10,478 nt of DNA from Gemmatimonadota bacterium (GCA_038153405.1 JAYOYH010000091.1:1-10478); one strand, 5' to 3'; counted from the first letter of the stretch, positions 1 through 7,140 are shown. Translations and numbers: made by a program. Notes: generated from the letters alone by a model not told the origin.

Positions 1-81
1 CAGAGCGAGGATCCGCCACTCCTGTGCACTGACTGCAGCAGTGCACAAAAGCAGCGGGATTACAATGCGGATCAATGCCAA
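1..81 (-). CDS. 5' fragment of a secreted protein (signal peptide plus start of mature chain), truncated by window edge
   Basis: Not in the ORF track. Reading the minus strand from TTG at 81 gives (M)ALIRIVIPLLLCTAAVSA|QEWRILAL, open to position 1: hydrophobic core and VSA cleavage motif. Co-oriented with porV, about 85 bp downstream of it. Start uncertain (TTG 81 or TTG 75); no clear RBS. Confidence 0.65.
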   Translation of the reverse strand, partial: MALIRIVIPLLLCTAAVSAQEWRILAL

Positions 82-116
82 TGGATTAGCGTCTATCGCA
101 ATGGGGTTGGCCGGTA

Positions 117-148
117 ATGGGGCCAGAGGTGCACGCCCTCCGGCCCAT
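117..148 (-). other. GC-rich hairpin downstream of porV (possible weak terminator or mRNA-stabilising stem)
   Basis: Minus strand GGGCCGGAGG-gcgtgca-CCTCTGGCCC, a 10-bp stem with one G:U, about 20 nt after the porV stop. No U-tract follows. Confidence 0.4.
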
Positions 149-166
149 CGATTCGACGATGCGCTC

Positions 167-1216
167 TTAGAAAATTAGATTGAGCGAGAAGCGCGTGTTG
201 TCCTGCATCGGCGTGTCTTCGCCCGTCAGGTAGGCCACATCGATTTGGAACCGATTGTATTTCAGGCCGATGCCAAACGTCGGCGTATTCAGCTCTCCGT
301 CGCGATCCATAGAATACCCAGCGCGCAGCGCGAAGAACGCATCGTCTTGATTGGCAGACAAGCCGTATTTATACTCGCCGCCGACGTGGAGATCCATCTC
401 CTTGAATTCGTCGCCAAGTGGATCGTCGGCCCACGCTTTAAACAGATTGCTGACAAACGAGCCATCGGCAATGAGGGGCTTATAGATATCCATCGAGAGC
501 AGCACGTCGTGGTACTGCGTATCCATGACCTCGTAGGCCATCCCAACGACTATGTGCTGCGGCAGCGGATCGGCCTGGCTGGCATCGATGTAGGCAATCT
601 TGGGGCCCAAGTTGCGCAGCGCCGCCCCTATCGTGACGTGCGACGTCGCCCTCCACATCAGCCCTAAATCGGCAGCAAAACTATTGCCCACTCCCTTGCC
701 GCGCTCGATGCCGGCGCCCTGATCGGCCAAGTTACTGCGAATAAACTTCAAACCGATGCCGGCCGACGAGTTATCGCCAATTTCCGCTCCGTACGCGGCC
801 GATAGCGCCACGTCGTAGCTGCGAAAGTTACCCTGTGCATTGCCGCGCTCATCGGTGCGCATCTGCTCTCCGAGATTGAGCAGCGAGACGTTGAGACCGA
901 TATTCCCCCAGCCTTCTACGGGCGTGGAGTAGGCCAGAAACTCGTAGGATAGGTCATCGGCCAGCCCCGGCAGCCATTTGGTATGCGTAAAGTTGATTTT
1001 TCTCTTGGTTTGTCCAGCAAGCGCTGCCGGATTGAAGTAGCTAGCCGTTGCATCGTCGGCAATAGCGACATAGGATTCGCCCATGGCGATGGCACGCGCC
1101 CCAGGTTCGATGAGCAAGAACAGCACGGCAGCGCGACTCTCTGGCGTAGCGCTAGCTCTATTGGTCGTAACCAGTAGACAGAGTGCAGCCAACAGCACGG
1201 CGCTGATTTTTTTCAT
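167..1216 (-). CDS. porV: T9SS outer-membrane beta-barrel shuttle protein, PorV/PorQ (FadL-like) family
   Basis: Signal peptide (MKKISAVLLAALCLLVTTNRASA). Hallmark N-terminal motif FLLIEPGARAIAMGESYVAIADDATASYFNPAAL, plus HTKWLPGLADD, NLGPKIAY and ALRAGY. Amphipathic beta strands ending in C-terminal Phe (FSLNLIF). RBS GAGGAGG at 1225-1231. Directly downstream of porU, the canonical gene order. Confidence 0.9.
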   Translation of the reverse strand: MKKISAVLLAALCLLVTTNRASATPESRAAVLFLLIEPGARAIAMGESYVAIADDATASYFNPAALAGQTKRKINFTHTKWLPGLADDLSYEFLAYSTPVEGWGNIGLNVSLLNLGEQMRTDERGNAQGNFRSYDVALSAAYGAEIGDNSSAGIGLKFIRSNLADQGAGIERGKGVGNSFAADLGLMWRATSHVTIGAALRNLGPKIAYIDASQADPLPQHIVVGMAYEVMDTQYHDVLLSMDIYKPLIADGSFVSNLFKAWADDPLGDEFKEMDLHVGGEYKYGLSANQDDAFFALRAGYSMDRDGELNTPTFGIGLKYNRFQIDVAYLTGEDTPMQDNTRFSLNLIF

Positions 1217-1291
1217 AACATCGTCCTCCTCGGACAGTAAAACGACAATGACGGCGTGCGACCTGCATCTGGTGGTCGCCGGCGTTGATAA

Positions 1292-1307
1292 CGCAATATC
1301 CGTGCTA
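1292..1307 (-). promoter_or_regulatory. Possible sigma54-like -24/-12 element upstream of porV
   Basis: Minus strand TAGCACGGATATTGCG versus consensus TGGCACG-N4-TTGCW. Spacing is correct but the conserved GG is AG. Confidence 0.3.
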
Positions 1308-1333
1308 CAAAGGCGCTCCTACGGTTTGGCTGG

Positions 1334-4300
1334 TTATTGGGCAATCTGCAGAGCGGACGCGTGCTCGGCCACTCCGCCCCCCTCGCGATCGACCTCTACT
1401 CTATAAAGATAAGTACCATTGGCCAGATTCGCAGGTCTTTGCCAGAGAATCTGGTTGTATCCCTCGTTGCCAGTCGCTTCGATCTCTTCTACTAGACGGC
1501 CACTGAGCGCAAAAATTTGAATGCGCGCCGCAAGGGCCTTCTCGACCAGCTCATAGGTGAAATGTCCACTGTCGCCGCGCAGCGGACTGGGGTGAAACAG
1601 GGCGTTCTGAATAATCGACGCCTTGCTCCCCACCAGTTCGAATACCGCCTCTGCGCGCGACGAGTTATTGAACGAGTCCCATACCTTCAGACGAATTTCG
1701 TGTTGGCCGAGTTCCAAGCCCGGCAGTGCAAATTCGACGATGCCTTCGCGAAAGTCGCCTTCGAGCACGTTAAAAAAATCCGTCGTGTTGAATATCTCGT
1801 CGTCGATCGCCAATTCAATGGCATGCCCGGTCTCGTTGGTAATGTTGATCCCGCTGGGATCGCTGATCGCAGCCAACAGAACGGGAGATCCTGCGACCTT
1901 ATCGCCGCTCTTAAACGAGCTCATCCCCTTGAAGCCAATGCGAATCTGCGGGCCTTCCGTATCCAGTTCGATATCGGGGGCCGTGCCTTCGATTAGCAGA
2001 TCTTCGAGCGACCCGTATGCGGTGGGCGCATCGTCGCTCCACGCATAGGCGCTAATGCGCCCATCGATACCCCCATAGCTGATGTCTTTGGGGACGCGAA
2101 ACTGACCGCTAAAACGACCGTTTACAACCGCGTAGCGCCCGCGAAACAAATAGGCGCCCACCTGCCGGTAGCGCAGGCCGTCTAACACGCTCAGCTCAGC
2201 CGAGTCAAATGCCTGCAGCCAAACGTAGCCATTGTAGTTATCGGCAGGTATGCCGTTTTCGTCCAGCACCTGACCGGTCACATTGACCAAACCCAGCGCG
2301 CTCAGCGGTCCGTCGATTTCGAGACCAATCGCATAGCGGGGCTGGGCCAACCGCTGTAGCGGGTCGCCAAAGAGCGAGTAGCGCCTCATATTGCGGATGC
2401 CCACCAGGTCGCTGACGTTCATCTCCTCGCGGGCGATTTGCTTGGCCTCCATGAGGGCCAAACCCACCGGCACGTGCTCGCGCTCGCTGCGATACATTTG
2501 CTTGTGAAAGGCGGCGGCGAGCAGAATATTGCTCAGGTGAAAACCTACGCGCGTAGCCGAAATCATGCCGATAACTCCGCCGTTGGGCATCTTCAGCAAT
2601 TCCTCTGGCATAGACGTCTTTACCGGATCATCAAACACGCCGACCTGACTGGCAGCAGTATAGAAAAAGGGCAGACGTTTACCATTGTCGACTTCACCAA
2701 TATCGCGCGAAATGCGAAACATCTGCTCGTGCGCCAGCACGTCGGGGTTGCCGTGCCCAATGTAGGTGAGGATGAGTGAGCCCTCGTTAAAGCGGCGGAT
2801 AAACTCGTCGCGCGCGCGCGGTTTAGTGCGCCCTTCAAAGGGGAATTGGGCCAGATAGAGCTTGTCGATATTGATCCCCGGGGGAAATACGCTCTGCGCC
2901 ATAAACTCGCTGTCGGTCAGAAAGAACGTCTCGGAGTCGAGCGGATGATCGGGGTTGACCAAATCGTCGGCCACCAGTAGGACGCGGCTCTGCCAAAGGC
3001 CCAGTTCGGGTTCGCGATCGTAGGCGATTATTTTGTCGACGACGCTATTGGCCTCTTCCGCCGACTGCACGGGAATGCGCCCGATGGCCATATCCGGCAG
3101 CTCGTCGTCGCCGAGCAAGTACACATACCACTCATCGTACGTGCTATCGCTGTCCTGATACGGGGGTATCCAGTTGCCATTGCTCGTCTTCGAGTTGTTC
3201 TTGTAGTCGTACGATCCATCCCCCATGAGCAGCACGTACATGGGCGCGCGCTGCCAGTTAGCTTCGGCATAGCCGAGAAAGTTGCGCAGGGCAGAAGGAT
3301 CTAACATTCCGCCGGAAAATTCGTCGTATACGTCCTGTATATCGACGGTTTGGGTCACAGGTGGCCGTCCCCAGCGATCGTCGGAGCCGCGCCAGGTTGC
3401 CAGTCGTTGGGCAGCGGCGGCAAAGTCTTCGTGATATACGACGATGTAGTCGGCGCCGTTGGTGGTGGATAACAGCGAACTCGGTCGATCCTCAACAATG
3501 CGCTTGGGCCGCAACCAAGTGGATTCGCCACCGACGACGTACTTGCCCGGCACGTCCAGCGCATCGTCCTGAAAAACGAGTTCCCCGCTGTCGGCATTGT
3601 AGGCAACATCGCGTATCTCTACGAGTTGCCCCCCCACCTCAAACACGCGCGGAGTCTCTTCCGTAAACCCTTTCAATGCGTATTCGGCCGCGGCGTTTAC
3701 CACGGGCGAGAAAAAGCTCAAGCGGCCGCGCTCAGCGCTAAAGCCGCGGCTGTACTCGATTTCGTACCAGTCAAAGCGGGCCGGGTCTCCAGCGTGGTAG
3801 AGCCCCAGTTCATTAAATCCCTCTACCGGGCCGACGGCACTTCTCAATTCGCGCTGCACCCGCGTTGCACTTTCAAAGGAAATTTTCCCAATTTCACTGC
3901 CATTCCAGCGCACTGTAAAGCGAGATGAATTGCCTCCGATACCATTGAAGCCCAGGCGGACATCAACCGGGGTCTCGACCGCGTCGCGGACGAGCAGGCG
4001 GTAGTTGCGCGCGTTCCCGCGGAAGTCTTCGCCGTACCACGTGTAACCCGATTTTATGCCGTAGGTCTGATAGAGGATAAACTGCTCGTCCTCACTGTGC
4101 AGATACACGCGGTAGCTCTGCGGCCGCTCGGGCGATTGGCGGGTCAGTGCCCCGCTGCGCTCTACGGCGCGCTGCCCCTCCACGCCTCCAGCAAAACCAA
4201 GCCAGTAGGTATTGTCGTTGGTGTAGAGATTCTCTCTCCAAACGTAATCCGCCTGTTTGGCATCGTACTCCCAGCGCTGCGAAGATTCGCCGTAAAAGAG

Positions 4301-5065
4301 CACAAAGTCGGACCGATCAAAGCGCCCGTCATCGCCATCCTCTACGACCAGTCCCATCTCCTGCCATGCGCTCGGCAACTCCACGGTCTTTAGAGAGAGC
4401 ATTTGCCCTCCCCCGTACATCAGGCGCAGCGTCTGGGGATCGATCTCGTCGAGCGCAATGCCCGCCTGCTCCAGGTCTTCGCCCGTTATGCGAAACATGC
4501 CATTCTCATTCACGACCACGCGCAGCCAGCGACCGGCTTCCTGTGCGCTCTTGGCCGCGCGGCGCGGGCCACGCGGCAGGCGCCACGCGGCCGCCTGTTC
4601 GTAGTTGCTGACGACTTGGGCGTAATAGGGCTCGGCGTAGGCATCGGCGCGCAGTCGGTCGGGGCGGTTTGCCTCGCCGCTCGCCGCGAAGTCCAAGTCG
4701 ACCACTATGCGTTCGATGGCCTCTCCAACTTCTTCGCCTACAGTGGCGGCAAAGGCCAGTTCCACGACGCGCTGACGGCGCGCCATGCCCTCGCTGCCCA
4801 GAGCGGCCAGTTCGGCTACGCGCTCATCTGTTAGGCGGCGCCCGTTGGGGCCAACTGCTTCGACCCGGGCGATGCCCACATCCCCTACTAACGGCACACC
4901 GACGAGAAAGGTCGCACCCGCACTGCACGCTCGAGCGCTCTGCGGGCGGTATTCGAGGCGAACGCCCCCAACCGTCGAATCAATAACTCGTAGCTGCGCG
5001 TGCAATTGCCCGGCGAGCACAATGCCGGTTGCAAGCGCGTAGTATAACCATCGATTCATGTTCAT
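1334..5065 (-). CDS. porU: T9SS sortase PorU-like protein (peptidase C25/gingipain family) with C-terminal T9SS sorting domain; catalytic Cys position is Ser
   Basis: Signal peptide ending LHA|Q. PorU/C25 motifs: ENGMFRITGEDL, DFVLFYG, NLYTNDNTYWL, DYIVVYH, VYDEFSGG-DPSALRNFL, YVLLMGDGSYDYKN, IGRIPV, YIGHG, LPFFYTAASQVGVFDDP, ISATR, LFGDP, FRVPKDISY, DTEGPQI, DPSGIN-GH, LKVWDSFNNSS. CTD: HPSP...IQIFALSGRLV...LANGTYLYRV. Start could be ATG 5065 or ATG 5059. Confidence 0.9.
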   Translation of the reverse strand: MNMNRWLYYALATGIVLAGQLHAQLRVIDSTVGGVRLEYRPQSARACSAGATFLVGVPLVGDVGIARVEAVGPNGRRLTDERVAELAALGSEGMARRQRVVELAFAATVGEEVGEAIERIVVDLDFAASGEANRPDRLRADAYAEPYYAQVVSNYEQAAAWRLPRGPRRAAKSAQEAGRWLRVVVNENGMFRITGEDLEQAGIALDEIDPQTLRLMYGGGQMLSLKTVELPSAWQEMGLVVEDGDDGRFDRSDFVLFYGESSQRWEYDAKQADYVWRENLYTNDNTYWLGFAGGVEGQRAVERSGALTRQSPERPQSYRVYLHSEDEQFILYQTYGIKSGYTWYGEDFRGNARNYRLLVRDAVETPVDVRLGFNGIGGNSSRFTVRWNGSEIGKISFESATRVQRELRSAVGPVEGFNELGLYHAGDPARFDWYEIEYSRGFSAERGRLSFFSPVVNAAAEYALKGFTEETPRVFEVGGQLVEIRDVAYNADSGELVFQDDALDVPGKYVVGGESTWLRPKRIVEDRPSSLLSTTNGADYIVVYHEDFAAAAQRLATWRGSDDRWGRPPVTQTVDIQDVYDEFSGGMLDPSALRNFLGYAEANWQRAPMYVLLMGDGSYDYKNNSKTSNGNWIPPYQDSDSTYDEWYVYLLGDDELPDMAIGRIPVQSAEEANSVVDKIIAYDREPELGLWQSRVLLVADDLVNPDHPLDSETFFLTDSEFMAQSVFPPGINIDKLYLAQFPFEGRTKPRARDEFIRRFNEGSLILTYIGHGNPDVLAHEQMFRISRDIGEVDNGKRLPFFYTAASQVGVFDDPVKTSMPEELLKMPNGGVIGMISATRVGFHLSNILLAAAFHKQMYRSEREHVPVGLALMEAKQIAREEMNVSDLVGIRNMRRYSLFGDPLQRLAQPRYAIGLEIDGPLSALGLVNVTGQVLDENGIPADNYNGYVWLQAFDSAELSVLDGLRYRQVGAYLFRGRYAVVNGRFSGQFRVPKDISYGGIDGRISAYAWSDDAPTAYGSLEDLLIEGTAPDIELDTEGPQIRIGFKGMSSFKSGDKVAGSPVLLAAISDPSGINITNETGHAIELAIDDEIFNTTDFFNVLEGDFREGIVEFALPGLELGQHEIRLKVWDSFNNSSRAEAVFELVGSKASIIQNALFHPSPLRGDSGHFTYELVEKALAARIQIFALSGRLVEEIEATGNEGYNQILWQRPANLANGTYLYRVEVDREGGGVAEHASALQIAQ

Positions 5066-5125
5066 CTGGGTGTAAAAATGTCGATATCGCTTTACGAGGA
5101 ACTACGCCTTCTTAGCGCTTTTTTT

Positions 5126-5154
5126 AAGGTGGTGGCAATAGACCTCTTTGTCAA
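5126..5154 (-). promoter_or_regulatory. Putative sigma70 promoter for porU-porV
   Basis: Perfect TTGACA (5154-5149), 17-nt spacer, weak -10 CACCTT (5131-5126). Confidence 0.45.
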
Positions 5155-5163
5155 GCTGTTCTC

Positions 5164-5192
5164 TTGACTTATGGAGATAAGCAGCCTAATTT
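5164..5192 (+). promoter_or_regulatory. Putative sigma70 promoter for rpmB
   Basis: TTGACT (5164-5169)-N17-TAATTT (5187-5192), followed by RBS AGGAGGAG at 5208-5215. Confidence 0.7.
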
Positions 5193-5220
5193 TTAGTCAG
5201 TCTTTATAGGAGGAGTCAAC

Positions 5221-5448
5221 ATGGCCAGAAAGTGCAGCTTAACCGGCAAAAAGGGACTGGTGGGAAACAACGTCAGTCACTCGCAGCGCAAGACCAAGCG
5301 CGTTCAACAGCCCAATCTCATCACCAAGCGCCTTTACATACCCGAAGAAGATCGCACCGTTACCGTGCGTCTCTCCGCCCGTGCACTGCGCACGCTCAAT
5401 AAAAAAGGCATCCAGCAGTTTTTAAAAGACGAGGGGCTTTCGCTGTAG
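5221..5448 (+). CDS. rpmB: 50S ribosomal protein L28
   Basis: MARKCSLTGKKGLVGNNVSHSQRKTKRVQQPNL...VRLSARALRTLNKKG is the classic bL28 signature. Strong RBS. Confidence 0.98.
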   Translation: MARKCSLTGKKGLVGNNVSHSQRKTKRVQQPNLITKRLYIPEEDRTVTVRLSARALRTLNKKGIQQFLKDEGLSL

Positions 5449-5477
5449 AAGAACGAGACGAAGAAACATAGCGAGAG

Positions 5478-5513
5478 ACGGGTACTGGCTTGGCGCCGGG
5501 CCCGTTTTTTGTT
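5478..5513 (+). terminator. Intrinsic terminator of rpmB
   Basis: ACGGGTACTGGC-ttggc-GCCGGGCCCGT stem (one bulge, two G:U pairs) followed by TTTTTGTT, 30 nt after the stop. Confidence 0.8.
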
Positions 5514-5605
5514 GTGCGCACGGGTGTGAGCACAGCGCGCTACGGCCGGCAGCCATAGACTTCAGCACGTCCCCTCCTTGGAAACTGCGCGTGGACGCGC
5601 CGGCG

Positions 5606-5908
5606 CTAGACCAGCATATCCTCGATTTCGCGCTGCACCTGTTCTTCGCGGACCTGGTCGATCACCAGTTTAAAATAGCGCGCTGCGCCGCTGGTAATCA
5701 GCCGCTGAATCGCATCCATCTCCTCTTCGCTATAGGCACCAGACTCTTTGACGAGTTCCATATATTCCGCCTTGGCATCCTTGTCTAGGTCGGAAATCGA
5801 TGCCAGCATATCAAATAGCTTATATGCGGCCTGGCTCTCCAAGCAGCGCTCGACGATAAAGGCCAAGCGCTCGTTGCGCACGCTCGTCTGCGCTTCGATA
5901 TTTTCCAT
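5606..5908 (-). CDS. Hypothetical small acidic helical protein (100 aa)
   Basis: ATG start, protein-like amphipathic helical composition, fills the gap between the rpmB terminator and an AT-rich regulatory region. No family recognised. Confidence 0.8.
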   Translation of the reverse strand: MENIEAQTSVRNERLAFIVERCLESQAAYKLFDMLASISDLDKDAKAEYMELVKESGAYSEEEMDAIQRLITSGAARYFKLVIDQVREEQVQREIEDMLV

Positions 5909-5965
5909 TCTTCACTGTCCCGCAAAATGGTTTCACGTCGGGAACCTCCCGCACATTCCCCACTT

Positions 5966-5981
5966 AGCAAGGATCGGGCCG
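5966..5981 (-). promoter_or_regulatory. Putative sigma54 (-24/-12) promoter of the 100-aa gene
   Basis: Minus strand CGGCCCGATCCTTGCT = GG-N10-GC with TTGCT, matching TGGCACG-N4-TTGCW at the critical positions. Lies 58 nt upstream of the ATG. Confidence 0.65.
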
Positions 5982-5997
5982 CCACCGCACATCGACA

Positions 5998-6050
5998 CTT
6001 AAAAAAATTTATAAGGCATTAATAAACAAAAATTTATATATTGTGTTTTG
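5998..6050. promoter_or_regulatory. AT-rich tract with IHF-like site and 11-bp direct repeat
   Basis: AAACAAAAATTTA (6024-6036) has one mismatch to the IHF core WATCAANNNNTTR. AAAAATTTATA occurs at 6003-6013 and 6028-6038. The most AT-rich stretch of the window by eye. Confidence 0.5.
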
Positions 6051-6141
6051 CTTGCGAAAATTCGTCTCTCCCATGCGGTAACCATATGTAAAGGGGAAAA
6101 AATATCCACCACTGGTCCAACTTTTCCCATACCCGCAGCGC

Positions 6142-6170
6142 TTGTTCCCCCGGACGAGTCACGCTATTTT
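6142..6170 (+). promoter_or_regulatory. Putative sigma70 promoter for the Trm112-like gene
   Basis: TTGTTC (6142-6147)-N17-TATTTT (6165-6170), 30 nt upstream of the ATG. Confidence 0.45.
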
Positions 6171-6200
6171 TGAGCGACACCTTTTGCGAAATGGAACGAT

Positions 6201-6449
6201 ATGATCGATAAGGAACTGCTGGATATACTCGCCTGCCCAGAGGATAAATCGCCCGTCCAACTGGCCGATCAAACGCTCATAGACCAGCTCAACGAGCGCA
6301 TAGCCAACGGACAGCTCAACAACCGCGGGGGACAAAAAGTAGAAAAGGCAATCGATGGAGGTCTCGTGCGGGCAGACGGCGCCTACCTCTACCCGATCGA
6401 CGACGGCATTCCCATCATGCTCATCGACGAGGCTATTCCCCTGACATAG
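6201..6449 (+). CDS. Trm112-like / YcaR (UPF0434) family protein, long variant
   Basis: MIDKELLDILACP at the N-terminus and YPIDDGIPIMLIDEA at the C-terminus are family signatures. Central helical insert. Confidence 0.9.
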   Translation: MIDKELLDILACPEDKSPVQLADQTLIDQLNERIANGQLNNRGGQKVEKAIDGGLVRADGAYLYPIDDGIPIMLIDEAIPLT

Positions 6450-6978
6450 TCCGTATTTCTTCGACTTTGATCAGCGTCTGGCTTCGCTGTTGGTTCTGTA
6501 GTAACAGCACGCGCACGCCTTGTTTTCGAGCTTCCTCGGCGTAGTTGTCGATCAATTCGACCGTGCGCTGCCTGCGCAGCAGCTTGAGTTCGGCCAAGCG
6601 GTTGAACCCCTCTTTTGTGACGACGCCCAGCGGCTGCCCTTGGTAGTATATGGTGTAGGCTCGCACCCCCGCACTGGGCTCTTCCGGCGGCATGGCGGCG
6701 CGCGCCTTGCCGCCGTAGGTCAACGCCCAGCCAATGAGATTGACGAGCACGACTGACAGATCGCTGACCCAGGCGGCCAAATTGAGCCGGTCAAACACCC
6801 ACAGCGGCACCAGACAAACGAGCATTAGGCTCGCCATAAAGAAAAAGACCATCCGGTGACCTGCCACGCTCGAACCGCGGCGCTTGCGCACGAGCATAGA
6901 GCCGATCTGCACCAGTGCGCCGCAGAAAAACAGGGCGAATAAAAGCAACATGGCCAATTCGCGCACGCCGCTATCCAA
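6433..6978 (-). CDS. Hypothetical inner-membrane protein (3 N-terminal TM helices plus soluble C-terminal domain)
   Basis: TTG start with GGAGGG RBS (6985-6990) 6 nt upstream. Three hydrophobic segments with a basic RKRRG loop after the first. 3' end overlaps the convergent Trm112-like gene by 17 bp. Confidence 0.8.
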   Translation of the reverse strand: MDSGVRELAMLLLFALFFCGALVQIGSMLVRKRRGSSVAGHRMVFFFMASLMLVCLVPLWVFDRLNLAAWVSDLSVVLVNLIGWALTYGGKARAAMPPEEPSAGVRAYTIYYQGQPLGVVTKEGFNRLAELKLLRRQRTVELIDNYAEEARKQGVRVLLLQNQQRSQTLIKVEEIRTMSGE

Positions 6979-7140
6979 TTGGAACCCTCCCTCGCTGGAG
7001 CAAGGTGCCGCCAGAGCGCACTACTGCGCCATCCGTTCGCGACGAGCCAGCCCCGCCGTTGCGCAGATTCGCATACAGCCTAGCCCCCGTTGCGAAACCC
7101 GGCACGCCTCCTCTATGCGCTCATGCCCCGCTCGCCGGTC

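Noticed and set aside
23..47. Perfect 9-bp inverted repeat TGTGCACTG-N7-CAGTGCACA as a terminator
   Set aside because: No U-tract follows on either strand, and it lies inside a convincing signal-peptide reading frame.
245..5042. Many plus-strand and alternate-frame ORFs over porV and porU
   Set aside because: Shadow ORFs typical of high-GC DNA: no RBS, no recognisable motifs, fully overlapping well-supported genes.
1334..5065. porU as a pseudogene because of the missing Cys
   Set aside because: The reading frame is uninterrupted, with signal peptide, structural motifs and CTD all intact.
6074..6137. Riboswitch or ncRNA from TGCGG/CCGCA and GGGAAAA/TTTTCCC pairing
   Set aside because: No match to any riboswitch consensus I recognise. 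It lies upstream of both predicted promoters, so DNA-level activator sites are the simpler explanation. An Rfam scan would settle it.
6999..7013. Sigma54-like TGGCGGCACCTTGCT upstream of the 3-TM gene (minus strand)
   Set aside because: GG-to-GC spacing is 9 nt rather than the strictly required 10.
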